From Spirochaetota bacterium (GTDB taxonomy: Bacteria > Spirochaetota > UBA4802 > UBA5550): a stretch of 64,000 bases of DNA. Every line of letters starts with the position of its first letter. Positions within the stretch are counted from its first letter, which is position 1. The notes below the pieces were generated by a model. That model saw nothing but the letters and a program-made list of their open reading frames with translations. It was not told the origin of the DNA and did no database searches. The position numbers were made by a program, and so were the translations under genes. Positions 9,819 to 21,698 of this stretch are shown one piece after another. The stretch spans positions 1,184,001 through 1,248,000 of the forward strand of contig OY760686.1 in NCBI GenBank assembly GCA_963663865.1. The letters are read 5' to 3'.

Positions 9819-11770
9819 ATCATCGTCTTCTCAAAGAGCTCTTCGTCTTCGGGGCGACCTATGACGGCGATGTAATCGTTTTCAAGTATTACGTAATCAG
9901 GCTCAGGGTTGGGAAGCAGCTTTCCGTCTCTGAGAATGCCTACTACCGATATCCCGGTCTTCCTGCGTATCTCCGATTCCCTGATGGACTTCCCGGCCAG
10001 GGGGCTGAGCGCTTTCACTTCTTTCCAGTGCATCTCGAGAAAGAAGGGCGTCTTCTTGATCACGGAAAGCACAGAGCTGTCAAGTTTCTCAGTCAGTATG
10101 TTCGTGTAAGTCTGCTGTCTTATCGCGTCAGTGAGGCTGTATATCTCAGTCAATGGAAGGTCAAAGGCAGTCAGCGTCTTCCGCACAATCTCAAGGCTTG
10201 CTTCAAACTCGGGCTGTACTACTTCGAAGATGTTCATTCTGAAGAGCTCGTTTACGCTTGAAAGCGCGTCCGTTCTGGCGATTATCTTGATGCCGGGATT
10301 ATGCCTTGACGCGATGCCGATAATGTCCCGTGCCGTTGATAGAAACGGTATTGTAACAATCAGCAGTCTGGCCCTGTTTATCTGCGCCGCGTGCATGACC
10401 GTCTCCTGGCCGCTGTCTCCGTAGATGACTGGATATCCTGCGGACTTGGACATCTCGAATCTGCGGAAGTCCTGTTCAATAATGATAAAGGGATAGCCCA
10501 GCTCTCTGAAGATAGAAGCGATCTGGCGTCCGACCCTTCCGCCGCCGGCAACAACAATGTGTCCGGTCAGTCCCGCTGAGGAAACATTAATTGTCTGAAA
10601 CTCTTCATGTTTGAAGTACTTCTTCTTGAGTGAGTAGAGCGGCGATGTCAGCATCGACAAAAACGGAGAGATAATCATGGTGATAATCGAAACGGAAAGG
10701 ACCAGCGAATAGAAGTCCGCCCCGATAATCTCGTGCTTTAATCCGGTCCGTGCCAGCACGAATGAGAATTCTCCGACCTGAGCGAGCCCAAAGCCGAGCG
10801 CCAGGGGAATAATATTGAAGTACTTAAAAACCACGCTGAGCGAAGAAAAGATGACAACCTTGCTTATTACGATTACGGCGACAAGCGCGAAGACGAGGCC
10901 GGTATTTTCGGCGATGAATGCCGGATTTACGAGCATACCTATTGAAGTAAAAAACACCAGTCCGAAAATATCTCTCAGGGGGATGATGTCGTTAAGGGCC
11001 TGGTGGCTGTAATCGGACTCGCTGATTACCATTCCGGCGATAAATGCCCCGAAAGCCAGTGAAAGCCCGAACATGTGAGTCAGGTACCCTACGCCGAGAC
11101 CTATGGCCGTAATCGTGACGAGAAAAAGCTCACGGGAGTAGAGCTTTACGACAAGCTTCAGGAGCCAGGGTATTATCCTCATTCCCACAAAGATGATTGC
11201 GACAAGAATGAGCAGTGCTTTCAGAAGGATGAGCAGAAGCGGGACGATATTGCTTTCAAGCGACTGAATATTGGGGATGATGAGCATAAGCGGAATTGCG
11301 GCGAGGTCCTGTACAATCAGTACCCCGATCATTACCCTGCTTGACAGCGTTCCGATGAGCCCCCGGCTCATAAGGGTTTTCAGAACTACCATCGTGCTTG
11401 AGAGTGATATTACCATTCCAAGTACGATGGATTCGGAGAAGGGCAGCCCCAGGAACCTGCCGATTCCGTAACCCGCTCCAATGAGCAAAATCACCTGAAT
11501 CGGCGTGCCGATGAGGGCTATGCCTTTGACGGACTTCAGCTCCTTGAATGAGAAGTCGAGCCCGATTGAGAAGAGAAGAAGCGCGACGCCTATCTCCGCT
11601 AAAAGCTCTATCTGGGGAATCTGTGAAATGGTTACTCCGCCCGTGTGCGGGCCCATTATCACCCCGGCGAGGATGTAGCCGACAATCGGCGGAATCTTGA
11701 GCCTGTTTGCCGCAAGGCCCGCCGCCAGTCCTACCAGTATAATAATGATGAGATCTTCTGCTATTCCCAT
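9815..11770 (-). CDS. CPA2 cation:proton antiporter with TrkA-N/TrkA-C domains (KefC/YbaL-like)
   Basis: LAEIGVALLLFSIGL, SLSSTMVV, QVGEFSFVL, GGGRVG, YGD. Confidence 0.92.
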   Translation of the reverse strand: MGIAEDLIIIILVGLAAGLAANRLKIPPIVGYILAGVIMGPHTGGVTISQIPQIELLAEIGVALLLFSIGLDFSFKELKSVKGIALIGTPIQVILLIGAGYGIGRFLGLPFSESIVLGMVISLSSTMVVLKTLMSRGLIGTLSSRVMIGVLIVQDLAAIPLMLIIPNIQSLESNIVPLLLILLKALLILVAIIFVGMRIIPWLLKLVVKLYSRELFLVTITAIGLGVGYLTHMFGLSLAFGAFIAGMVISESDYSHQALNDIIPLRDIFGLVFFTSIGMLVNPAFIAENTGLVFALVAVIVISKVVIFSSLSVVFKYFNIIPLALGFGLAQVGEFSFVLARTGLKHEIIGADFYSLVLSVSIITMIISPFLSMLTSPLYSLKKKYFKHEEFQTINVSSAGLTGHIVVAGGGRVGRQIASIFRELGYPFIIIEQDFRRFEMSKSAGYPVIYGDSGQETVMHAAQINRARLLIVTIPFLSTARDIIGIASRHNPGIKIIARTDALSSVNELFRMNIFEVVQPEFEASLEIVRKTLTAFDLPLTEIYSLTDAIRQQTYTNILTEKLDSSVLSVIKKTPFFLEMHWKEVKALSPLAGKSIRESEIRRKTGISVVGILRDGKLLPNPEPDYVILENDYIAVIGRPEDEELFEKTMM

Positions 11771-11979
11771 ATAGTTCCATCCTGAAAGATAAGGCCTGTT
11801 TCAGGCCGCCTGTACATACAGATTAGCGCCATTGTCTGCTGAGTCAATAAAATTTAAGTCCGTTTCAGCCATTAAAGTTCATATAAAAGCATTTGCAAAA
11901 TAAGTTCTTGCGATATAGTGTAAGAGAATAAACCATTGCGGATGAAGTACTGATATAAACTCGGAGGTAAACAGACGAC

Positions 11980-12591
11980 ATGATAGAATTCTTTAGCGCT
12001 TCCGCGCTTCTGCTGGTACTGCTCAATCCGTTTCTGGTCATAATATATCTCATTGACGCCGTTCAGAAGCTTCAGTACTACGAGTTCGTAAAGGTAATGC
12101 TGAGGGCGTCGCTTATTTCAATAGCGGTGTTCTGCTGTTTCGCGGCCCTGGGCGACGCGATTTTTTCCGATCTGCTGCACGCCGACTTCGCTTCGTTTCA
12201 GATATTCGGAGGAATAGTTTTTCTTCTTATAGGACTCGAGTTCGTATTCAACGGCCCCAAGGCCATAAAGATACTGAGGGGCGATTCCAAATTTTTAGCA
12301 GGCGCTATCGCCATGCCGGTACTGATCGGGCCCGGAACGATAAGCGCGAGCGTGCTTATAGGGAAGCACAATGAGGTGGTCTTTGCCTGCCTTTCGATAG
12401 TGTTTGCCATTGTGGTTTCAGTGATAATCATCATAGCACTGAAGGCGCTTCACGACTATGTCCGCCCCAGGCGCGAACCTCTCATTGAGAGATACATTGA
12501 GATTATGGGGCGCATAACGGCTCTCTTTGTCGGAACAATCTCCATTCAGATGATTATGGAGGGGGTAGGTTCCTGGCTTGACAAGCTGTGA
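11980..12591 (+). CDS. MarC family membrane protein
   Basis: LNPF, FQIFGGIV, AMPVLIGPGTIS. Confidence 0.9.
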   Translation: MIEFFSASALLLVLLNPFLVIIYLIDAVQKLQYYEFVKVMLRASLISIAVFCCFAALGDAIFSDLLHADFASFQIFGGIVFLLIGLEFVFNGPKAIKILRGDSKFLAGAIAMPVLIGPGTISASVLIGKHNEVVFACLSIVFAIVVSVIIIIALKALHDYVRPRREPLIERYIEIMGRITALFVGTISIQMIMEGVGSWLDKL

Positions 12592-12821
12592 ATAACGCGG
12601 CAGTAAATTCTGTATTCCTCTGTTGCCTGAAACAGCTGTTTCTTATGGCTGAGAAAAATAAAGTAAATATGTTATCTCTGCAGAAACAGGCAATTATTTG
12701 GAGAAATGGATATTGCAATCAGCGGTTTAATTTTTTAACATGTTCCTGATACTTCTTCTTAAAAACAGATATAATGAGCAGCCGGGAAGACAGAAACCGG
12801 CCTTTGCAGGCAACGGCATGA

Positions 12822-13814
<993 letters not shown>

Positions 13815-13886
13815 TATTTATTTTACATTCTTTTACAGGACTTGTTTTTAAACAAAAAATGAATAACGCGGCAGGGGTTTTGTTGA

Positions 13887-14753
13887 ATGAAAAATGTTTT
13901 GATAACACTGACAGCGGTAATGTGCCTGGGCATAGCGGTTAAAGCGTCCGCTCAGACAGTGCCTGAAAAGCAGCCGCCCTCTCTGTTTTACAATATTGGG
14001 CCGAACATACTTAACAGCTTCATGGGATGGAACGCGCTTTTTATGGCAGGTGGAGTGGGAGCAACGGTATGCCTCGTCAATACCGGTGCTGACGCAAAGA
14101 TTAACGACTTCGCTGCCAATGACCTGAACGGCACCGCGAGCAATGTCTACGGGGTCCCCGCTGCGCTTCTCGGCGCTGTGGTACCCGTTGTGATTCCCTC
14201 TGTTCTTTACTGTACCGCCGATGAGGACGACTACGAGACAATCGGGGCAGCCGCGGCGTCGGGGCAGTCTGTAATTGTGGCATTCACCATGAACTCGCTC
14301 ATGAAGGCGGTTTCAGGGCGCGTCCCGCCGGCCAGAGAGGAGAGGGGAGACACCGCCTCGCGAAGCAGGGCCTTCCATGTCGGCTTCATGAATGAGGGTG
14401 TCTTTGACGGATGGCCCTCTGGGCACTCAATGGTCAACATGGCCCTTGCTTCAACTCTTGCGAATTACTATCCGGAGAAGACATGGCTTCAGGCGGCATC
14501 GTACGGATACGCCCTCTACATTATTTCCGCTGTCTTTCTGGGCCTTGAGGGAAACATGCACTGGTTCTCTGACGGCGTGGCAGGCGGTCTCATGGGCTAC
14601 GCTGTCGGTTCAACTGTCGGAAAGAGCTTTTACCGGCGCCGTATCGCGGGCAGCTCAGACGGTGGGACTGACGGTCCAGTATCAGAGGTGAGCATTATCC
14701 CCCTGATCTTTGAAGACGGGGCCGGCGTCTCCTTTCAGTGCGCCTTCCGCTGA
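13887..14753 (+). CDS. PAP2-family phosphatase, exported
   Basis: K...GR..P, PSGHS, HWFSD motifs; signal peptide. Confidence 0.85.
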   Translation: MKNVLITLTAVMCLGIAVKASAQTVPEKQPPSLFYNIGPNILNSFMGWNALFMAGGVGATVCLVNTGADAKINDFAANDLNGTASNVYGVPAALLGAVVPVVIPSVLYCTADEDDYETIGAAAASGQSVIVAFTMNSLMKAVSGRVPPAREERGDTASRSRAFHVGFMNEGVFDGWPSGHSMVNMALASTLANYYPEKTWLQAASYGYALYIISAVFLGLEGNMHWFSDGVAGGLMGYAVGSTVGKSFYRRRIAGSSDGGTDGPVSEVSIIPLIFEDGAGVSFQCAFR

Positions 14754-14895
14754 TTAAGAACTTTCCGGAAGATGCGGGCGTTTTGGAAAAAGCCGCTCAG
14801 CCCTGACAGGAAAACCGGCGGCTTCCTCTCTCCAGAGAGTCCAAATGACACAGCCTTCTATGCTCGTCACGGCTGATAGGCTGAGAAGACCACAA

Positions 14896-15126
14896 AATTA
14901 TGTAAAGCTCACATAGTGTTATGTAAAAGAGACATACCATTATGTAAAAGTCACATAACGTTATGTAAGGAAGACATACCATTATGTAAAAACCACATAA
15001 CGTTATGCAAGGGAGACATACCATTATGTAAAAGTCACATAGCGTGATGTAAGTGAGACATACAATTATGTAAAAGTCACATAATGTTATGTAAAAGAGA
15101 CATACCGTTATGTAAAAACCGCATAA
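14896..15126. repeat. Tandem array of 11 x 21-bp palindromic units
   Basis: TTATGT-like hexamer at 14898 and every 21 bp to 15108; core TATGT-N7-ACATA; two alternating unit types. Confidence 0.95.
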
Positions 15127-15239
15127 TTTAATGTCAGGCCCATATGTGATTAAGCAGAATCGGCATTATTATCAGTGAATTCGGCCGGAAACCGGGGCTT
15201 TTCTGCCGTGTCTCCGGCAGTTCTCTCCGGCATGGAATA

Positions 15240-15281
15240 AAAAAATGCCCTCCGGAGAGATGAGATGGACTGCCGGAGGGC
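15240..15281 (-). terminator. Probable intrinsic terminator
   Basis: GCCCTCCGG...CCGGAGGGC stem followed on the minus strand by a T-run, just after the 15315 gene. Confidence 0.55.
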
Positions 15282-15314
15282 TAAATAATCAGGAGCACTA
15301 AATCAGGGGGACGT

Positions 15315-15785
15315 TTATTCGGCTGAAGAGCTCTTCTTTCTGCTGCGTTTAAAGAAAACGCCCATCTCCTCTATAGCTACATTCAGCCCCGGGATCTTCT
15401 CCCGGTTCATCTTCGCGGCGGAGTACACCTCAAGCGCCGCGCTCATAGTATCGCTGTTAACCGCCATAAGCGTTCTGTCGAGGCTTTCCGAGAGGGCCCG
15501 CACCTTTTCAGCGACAGCCGCTATGTCGGACGAAAGCTGGTAATCTCGTTTGAACTCTTCGATGTCAAAGACAGCCGGCATTATCTGCGGATAGGCTTCC
15601 GCAGTGCTGTATGCTTTGTCAAGGAAGGGCGCGTAGGCGTTGCCCGCCTTGAAGATGCTCTTGACGTCCTGCGGGCTGATGGAGACGAGAAAGCCCAGGG
15701 TCGCCCTTATTTCGTCTAACTTCGTCATAATATCAGAGAGTGTGTCGGGAGAGATAGATGCTGAAACCATGTTCTGAGAGCTCAT
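15315..15785 (-). CDS. Conserved hypothetical all-helical protein (156 aa)
   Basis: GGAGG RBS before ATG 15785. The pattern L.FLV..S..D....K.G.....F..KA......P..FD..EF..D resembles a widespread uncharacterised family (recognised from memory). Confidence 0.75.
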   Translation of the reverse strand: MSSQNMVSASISPDTLSDIMTKLDEIRATLGFLVSISPQDVKSIFKAGNAYAPFLDKAYSTAEAYPQIMPAVFDIEEFKRDYQLSSDIAAVAEKVRALSESLDRTLMAVNSDTMSAALEVYSAAKMNREKIPGLNVAIEEMGVFFKRSRKKSSSAE

Positions 15786-16074
15786 AAATCCTCCATTACA
15801 TTGTATGATATTGTCCTCTGCGGAACCGGACAGAATGGACTTATCCGTGTAAATGTCAAGCACTCTTTAAGAGTTTATTCCTTTTGGGGGTGGATATATG
15901 TGCGGGCAGGGCGGCGCGTCAGCCTCCCGGGCGGAAAATTCAGTGACAGTTGAGGTCATCATCCTCCCCTCAAAAAAGAAGTGCGGCGAAACCGTAAAAA
16001 TAAACTTGAGAAATATTATCACTGGTTTAAACAGGTTTATTGGGTTCTGGCGTGATTATACAGGGAGGCTGGCC

Positions 16075-16779
16075 ATGCGGACGCGTTACATTCAGCTCAA
16101 AGACATGAAGCTGGCTTACCGGCGCATGGGCTCAGGCAAAACCCTGCTTCTTCTTCACGGCAACGGTGAGAGCAGGGACATCTTTACTGAATACCAGGAG
16201 GTCTTTTTCGCGGATTACGACACCGTTGCCCCTGACAGCCGGTGCCACGGTGAAAGCGTATTTGACCCGTGTCCGCTCACGATTGAAAGTCTCAGCGATG
16301 ACATCGCGGAGTTCTGCCGCGCGGCCGGAATTGAAGAGGCGTTTTTGATCGGATACAGCGACGGAGCCAACATCGCCCTGCATCTCGCGAAGAGGGCCCC
16401 GCATATATTCAAAAGGATAGCCCTCATCTCGCCGAATGTTCTTGTGTCGGGCTTTAAACCCGCAACGCTGCTGTCAATGAGGCTGCAGCGCTTCTTCTGG
16501 CGCGCGGCCGGGCTGGCTGGACTGGACGTCAGGCGGCGTCTTATGCTGCTCGGACTGATGCTGAACGACATCGGTCTTTCGGGCGAAGACCTTGCTTCCC
16601 TGGACGTGCCGGTCCTTCTTCTATATGCTGAGCGCGACGTCATAAAGAAAAGTCATATTGAGGATATAGCTCTCTCCATTCCGGGCTGCCGGGCTGTAAT
16701 GATCGAAGGGACAGACCATTACAGCATACTCAATGACGCAGCGACGGTGAATGAGCTGCGCCGATTTCTAACCGGCTGA
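16075..16779 (+). CDS. Alpha/beta hydrolase
   Basis: LLHGNG, DSRCHGES, GYSDG nucleophile elbow; GGAGG RBS before ATG 16075. Confidence 0.9.
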   Translation: MRTRYIQLKDMKLAYRRMGSGKTLLLLHGNGESRDIFTEYQEVFFADYDTVAPDSRCHGESVFDPCPLTIESLSDDIAEFCRAAGIEEAFLIGYSDGANIALHLAKRAPHIFKRIALISPNVLVSGFKPATLLSMRLQRFFWRAAGLAGLDVRRRLMLLGLMLNDIGLSGEDLASLDVPVLLLYAERDVIKKSHIEDIALSIPGCRAVMIEGTDHYSILNDAATVNELRRFLTG

Positions 16780-16796
16780 ATCGGCAGTCTTTCGGA

Positions 16797-17570
16797 TTAT
16801 TTTACGTCAGCCTCAGTCGGGGCCTTCTCCTCTCCGGGGCTCTCTGCGCTATCAGGCTCTTCTTCTCCGGAGCTTTCGACGTCCTTCTTGACTATCTCAA
16901 TCAGCTCTATATCAAAGATGAGCGCCGAGTTTCCTGGAATGCCCTGCATCTCTCTCGGGCCGTAAGCCATGTCGGCGGGAACGAAAATCCTGTAACGCGA
17001 GCCGGGGTTCATCAGCTGAAGGGCCTCAGTCCATCCCTTTATTACCCTGTTTACCGGAAAGACGGCCGGCTCGCCGCGGCTGAAGGAGCTGTCGAACTCA
17101 TTTCCATCAATTGTGTTTCCCCTGTAGTGGACCTTTACCGTGTCGCTGAGAGACGCTTTCTCTCCGCTTCCTTTAGCGATAATCATATACTGGAGGCCGC
17201 TTTCAGTAGTTACCACGCCTACCTTTTGGCCGTTCTCTTTCAGGAACTTCTCGCCCGCGAGCCTCGTCTCCTCAAGCTTTTGGATTCTTGCTTCGCGCAC
17301 TTTCTGCTGAAGCAGCGCCATCGCGCTGTTCCTCTCTTCGGCGCTGAGTTCTGTCTTTTGCCCGGCCATGAAGTCGTCCATGCCCCTGTACACCTGATAG
17401 GTGTTGATGTCGACTCCCGCTTCCTTCAGGCTTTCGCCCATGGTCATTCCCATGGCGTAGCTGTAGGTGTTCTTCTCGCTCGCCTTTGCGGACTCATCGA
17501 CAGCCAGATTGCGGTTAAGCGATGAGCAAGCCGCAAGCAGTACCGGAAATATAATTAGTGCTTTTTTCAT
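16797..17570 (-). CDS. FKBP-type peptidyl-prolyl isomerase, lipoprotein (FkpA/Mip-like)
   Basis: LLAAC lipobox, SYAMG, TESGLQY, VHYRG, FDSS, VIKGWTEALQLM. Confidence 0.95.
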   Translation of the reverse strand: MKKALIIFPVLLAACSSLNRNLAVDESAKASEKNTYSYAMGMTMGESLKEAGVDINTYQVYRGMDDFMAGQKTELSAEERNSAMALLQQKVREARIQKLEETRLAGEKFLKENGQKVGVVTTESGLQYMIIAKGSGEKASLSDTVKVHYRGNTIDGNEFDSSFSRGEPAVFPVNRVIKGWTEALQLMNPGSRYRIFVPADMAYGPREMQGIPGNSALIFDIELIEIVKKDVESSGEEEPDSAESPGEEKAPTEADVK

Positions 17571-17985
17571 GTTGCTTCCTTCCATTTTATTTCTGTATGA
17601 TTATCGGCGGGCTGTTCATCCCCCGGTTGTGATACGATTCCGGTATTTGGAACATGGCTCCGGTTTTAGTAAAGGAGATTTTTTATCAAACACCATATAA
17701 ACCGGATTCTTATAGCTGAATGAAAGCAAACAAGTTATTGCAAAAAAAATACGGAAATGGCATTGTGATTTATCATCAGGGTGAAGGCCCGGTTTAAGTG
17801 GATCGAATGAACGGTTTATGGCTGAGCGGGTATCCGCATTGGCCGGTATTGTCATAGATCAGGGTGATTCGGGCCGCGGACTGGTTCGCGTGACCATTGA
17901 CGCGCGGATTAAGCCGCTATATTTGGAAATATTCATAACACAATAAAATAGAAATAACAACAATCAGTAAAGGAGGAAGGTTCTT

Positions 17986-20427
17986 ATGCATAAGAGAGAT
18001 AAAGAACCAGGCAAAAACGTTTTGAATACCGCAGCGGCGCTCGCTGCTATGTTTTTATTTTTCGCGTGCTCATCCGACCCGGGACAAAAAGAGTACAGAA
18101 CCGAAAAGGATATCTCAGCGGAATGGAAGTTCCTGAATGGATACATCGAGGGAGCGGAAGCCGTCGATTACGACGACTCGAAGTGGGACAATGTGAATAT
18201 TCCGCATGACTGGGCCATTGAGGGGCCTGTTCTGGAGTCAAATCCATCAGGAAAGTCCGGAGGCTTTTTTCCCGGAGGCGAGGGATGGTACCGCAAAAGC
18301 TTTGAGGCGGAGTCCGGCTGGGACGGCAAAAGGATTTACATTCTGTTTAACGGCATTTACAGAAACGCTGACATATGGATTAACGGCAAAAAGCTTGTGC
18401 ATCAGTTCTACGGCTATGTTTCGCATTACTACGATATTACATCATTTCTGAACATGCCGGGCGAAAATTTAATAGCCGTTTATGTTGATAATTCTGACCA
18501 GCCCAATGACCGGTGGTATCCGGGTTGCGGCATATACAGAGATGTCAGCCTGGTCATAACCGATACTGTACACATTCCCGTCTGGGGGACATACGTGTAC
18601 GCGGAGGGAGTAAGCGAATCTTCAGCCTCCGTGAAGGCGGAAATAACCGTTAAAAACGATGATGCGGTGTCAAGGTCTGTGCGCGTATCCACCGAAATTT
18701 TTTCACCTGAAGGGAAAAGTCTGGGGACTATCGAGACTGAAGAAGCTGTCGGCGCCGGTTCGGAGGTCCTGATTGAACAGGCCACGACTGTTGACGGGCC
18801 GGCCCTCTGGTCGCCTGATAGCCCTTCGCTATACAGGGCCGTGTCTACGGTGTATGCTGATGATAAGATTACCGACAGGTACGAAACAACATTCGGCATC
18901 AGGAATGTCCAGTTTACCGCAGACGAGGGTTTTCTGCTAAACGGCAAAAAGCTCGTTCTCAGGGGAGTCAACCTGCATCATGACGGCGGGAGCGTGGGCG
19001 CTGCTGTTCCTCCGATGGTATGGGAAAGGAGGCTCGGCATTCTGAAGGACATGGGCTGCAACGCGGTAAGGCTGGCCCACAATCCGCACGACACTGCCGT
19101 GCTTGATATGTGCGACAGGATGGGCATCCTCGTCTTTGATGAGATGTATGACAAGTGGGTGCTTCAGTCAAACGGGCAGGTGCTCAGCGAAGAGAATTCA
19201 TTTGAGGCAAACTGGGAAAAGGACCTCGAGGCCTTCATTAAAAGGGACAGAAACCATCCTTCTGTATTTATATGGAGTGTGGGAAATGAGGTGAATGAAC
19301 AGACAGCCGACTCTGACTCGGGCGTGGAGATATTACAGCGCCTTTCAGCCTTTGTGCATCAGCTTGACCCGCAGAGGGAGGTGACCTGCGGTCTTATGCC
19401 CGATAACGGAGGCGAGGCGCCCTCGCGCATGATACACCACATGGATGTCATAAGCTATAACTACCGGACATCAGATTTTCCCGCGTGGCATGAGCTGTAT
19501 CCCGAATACAGATTTCTGGTGAGTGAAACAATGCAGTACAGAGAGGACTTCTCCTGGTCGACCGAATATGGAGATATTGACTACTCCGGAAACTCGTGGT
19601 TCGGCATGAAGGATTTTATAGCGGGCCAGTTTATCTGGTCGGGGATTGACTATCTCGGCGAATCCCGCGGATGGCCTGACAAGGGAATAAGGTGCGGACT
19701 GCTTTACACAAACGGTTTCAGAAAGGCTTCTTCTTACTTTATTGAAAGCGTTTATTCTGAAGAGCCGATGGTGCATATTGCCGTCAATGATCCGGACCTC
19801 CTTGACGAGTTTAAGCTTGTGAAGTCGTATCTCAATTCATGGCACGGCCCCTGGATTTCAGACCACTGGACGCATCCGGGCAGGGAGGGGGAAGCAATGG
19901 AGATACTTGTGTTTACAAACTGCGAAGAGGTTGAACTCTTTCAGGACGGCATTTCTCACGGGAAGAAGCACCTTTCGGATTTCAGCGACAGAGTTATTCG
20001 TTACAGCGCGGTTTACTCTCCCGGCGAACTCAGGGCTGTAGCCTCAAGCGCGGGAGAAACGGCAGCTGAGCATTCCGTAAAAAGCCACGGGGAGGCCTCC
20101 TCGATTGTCCTCTCCGCCGACAGGGAAGAGATAAGAGCAAACGGAACCGACGTTGTGCATGTCGAAGCTGCCGCCTCGGATAATGAGGGGCTGACTGTAA
20201 GCTCTTTCAGCGGGGCTGTGAAATTCTCATTGGAGGGGCCGGGGAAGATTATCGGGATAGATAACGGAGATCAGGCTGACACCTCCGGCTATAAGGAAAA
20301 GGAGAGGAACCTGTACAGGGGCAGATGTCTCGTCCTGGTCCAGGCCGGTGATGAAAGGGGCAGGGTCGTTCTCAGGGCAGTTTCGGAGGGCCTTGAAGCG
20401 GCAGAGATAAGCTTTTCTGTAAAATGA
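17986..20427 (+). CDS. GH2 beta-galactosidase-like lipoprotein
   Basis: IPHDW, WYRK, GVNLHHD, RLAHNP, RDRNHPS..WSVGNE; FACS lipobox. Confidence 0.92.
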   Translation: MHKRDKEPGKNVLNTAAALAAMFLFFACSSDPGQKEYRTEKDISAEWKFLNGYIEGAEAVDYDDSKWDNVNIPHDWAIEGPVLESNPSGKSGGFFPGGEGWYRKSFEAESGWDGKRIYILFNGIYRNADIWINGKKLVHQFYGYVSHYYDITSFLNMPGENLIAVYVDNSDQPNDRWYPGCGIYRDVSLVITDTVHIPVWGTYVYAEGVSESSASVKAEITVKNDDAVSRSVRVSTEIFSPEGKSLGTIETEEAVGAGSEVLIEQATTVDGPALWSPDSPSLYRAVSTVYADDKITDRYETTFGIRNVQFTADEGFLLNGKKLVLRGVNLHHDGGSVGAAVPPMVWERRLGILKDMGCNAVRLAHNPHDTAVLDMCDRMGILVFDEMYDKWVLQSNGQVLSEENSFEANWEKDLEAFIKRDRNHPSVFIWSVGNEVNEQTADSDSGVEILQRLSAFVHQLDPQREVTCGLMPDNGGEAPSRMIHHMDVISYNYRTSDFPAWHELYPEYRFLVSETMQYREDFSWSTEYGDIDYSGNSWFGMKDFIAGQFIWSGIDYLGESRGWPDKGIRCGLLYTNGFRKASSYFIESVYSEEPMVHIAVNDPDLLDEFKLVKSYLNSWHGPWISDHWTHPGREGEAMEILVFTNCEEVELFQDGISHGKKHLSDFSDRVIRYSAVYSPGELRAVASSAGETAAEHSVKSHGEASSIVLSADREEIRANGTDVVHVEAAASDNEGLTVSSFSGAVKFSLEGPGKIIGIDNGDQADTSGYKEKERNLYRGRCLVLVQAGDERGRVVLRAVSEGLEAAEISFSVK

Positions 20428-20576
20428 GAATCGATATTATCCGAATTTGATATCAATAAAAACAGGTAAGGAATTATCGCATTTGTCGACTTTTCTGATT
20501 TAGCGCGTTATAAGATGGTTCAGATTGGCAAGCGGGAGGCTCCGCCGCCGCGCAAAAATATTTCAGGAGAGTAGTT

Positions 20577-21698
20577 ATGTTAAAAAAAAGCGGTAGTTTT
20601 CTTTTATCTGTTCTTGTCGCTGTGTTGATGTCAGCGGCATTTGTATCATGCGACAGCTCGGACGATGACAGTGAGTTTGTTCCGAATTATGATCTCAGTG
20701 TCATAAAACTCAACGAGCTTGTGCCTGACGAGTATTTGACGGAAAGCGAAGAGAAGGGCACGGTAGAGACGATTGCCTATGATTCGTACATCTATTCTTA
20801 CGATGTTCCGAACAGCGTCCCTGAGAGCGAAAGGCACAGCGTTGAGAAAAAAGCCAACGTGTATCTGCCAGCTGGTTACAGCTCAAAGAGAAAGTACAAT
20901 GTGTTCTACCTTCTGCACGGCGGCGGAGGCAATGAGAAAGAGTGGCTTGGAACGGCGCTTACCAGTGAAATAGTTGATTATCCGACACAGGAAGCGCGTC
21001 AGGAAGCGGGTTTCTGGTTTGACGGGTTCAACGCCTGGTCAGAGGTAAGGAATCCGGGAGAGGGTGACCTCGTCAGGATACTTGACAATCTGATCGAGAA
21101 GGACATTATTGAGCCGCTCATAGTTGTTACTCCCACGATGTACTGCACATCGGAGACACTGGAGCTTTCGCCTCAGCAGTCTACTGACTGGACAGACAAC
21201 TTCTACCTTGAACTTCAGAATGATCTGATTCCCGCTGTAGAAGGCAGGTATTCCACTTACGCAGATTCCACTTCAAAAGAAGACCTTATCGCAAGCCGTG
21301 ACCACAGGGCCCTTGCCGGACTGTCAATGGGATCGATGACTACATGGCGTTCGGGGCTGCAGAGAAGTCTTGACTGTGTCTCGTGGTTTGGAAACTATTC
21401 AGCCGGAATGAGCGCGGGAACCACCGAAGAGGTGACTGCTGACGCTGACGCCCTCTGGAACGCGATCAGTACCGAAGAGATGAAGGACTACCGTATAAAC
21501 CTGATGCTGAGCTTTAACGGTACCACAGATATAGCTCATGACGGCCACGTGACGACATATAACAGACTCTTAGAGATCGGGGGCGACCGAGTGGTTGAAG
21601 GAGATAACGCGGCATTTTACGACTTCAACAGGTTCAACCATGGATGGTACGCATGGATAGTCTACGCGTACGACACATTGCTTGTGCTGTTCAAGTAG
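20577..21698 (+). CDS. Putative carbohydrate esterase (CE1-like alpha/beta hydrolase), lipoprotein
   Basis: VYLPAGY, YLLHGGGG, RALAGLSMG, HGW; FVSC lipobox. Confidence 0.85.
   Translation: MLKKSGSFLLSVLVAVLMSAAFVSCDSSDDDSEFVPNYDLSVIKLNELVPDEYLTESEEKGTVETIAYDSYIYSYDVPNSVPESERHSVEKKANVYLPAGYSSKRKYNVFYLLHGGGGNEKEWLGTALTSEIVDYPTQEARQEAGFWFDGFNAWSEVRNPGEGDLVRILDNLIEKDIIEPLIVVTPTMYCTSETLELSPQQSTDWTDNFYLELQNDLIPAVEGRYSTYADSTSKEDLIASRDHRALAGLSMGSMTTWRSGLQRSLDCVSWFGNYSAGMSAGTTEEVTADADALWNAISTEEMKDYRINLMLSFNGTTDIAHDGHVTTYNRLLEIGGDRVVEGDNAAFYDFNRFNHGWYAWIVYAYDTLLVLFK

Noticed and set aside
14797-15024. Cys-rich heptad-repeat ORF (MVCLPCITLCGFYI...)
   Set aside because: It is a translation of the 21-bp array. 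The ATG is internal to the repeat, there is no RBS, and an upstream in-frame stop precedes the array without a start.
14896-15126. CRISPR array
   Set aside because: Units abut with no unique spacers, and there are no cas genes in the window.
17740-17900. Riboswitch between the FKBP and GH2 genes (also the fliL leader, 40045-40125)
   Set aside because: GC-rich but no aptamer consensus recognised; needs an Infernal/Rfam scan.
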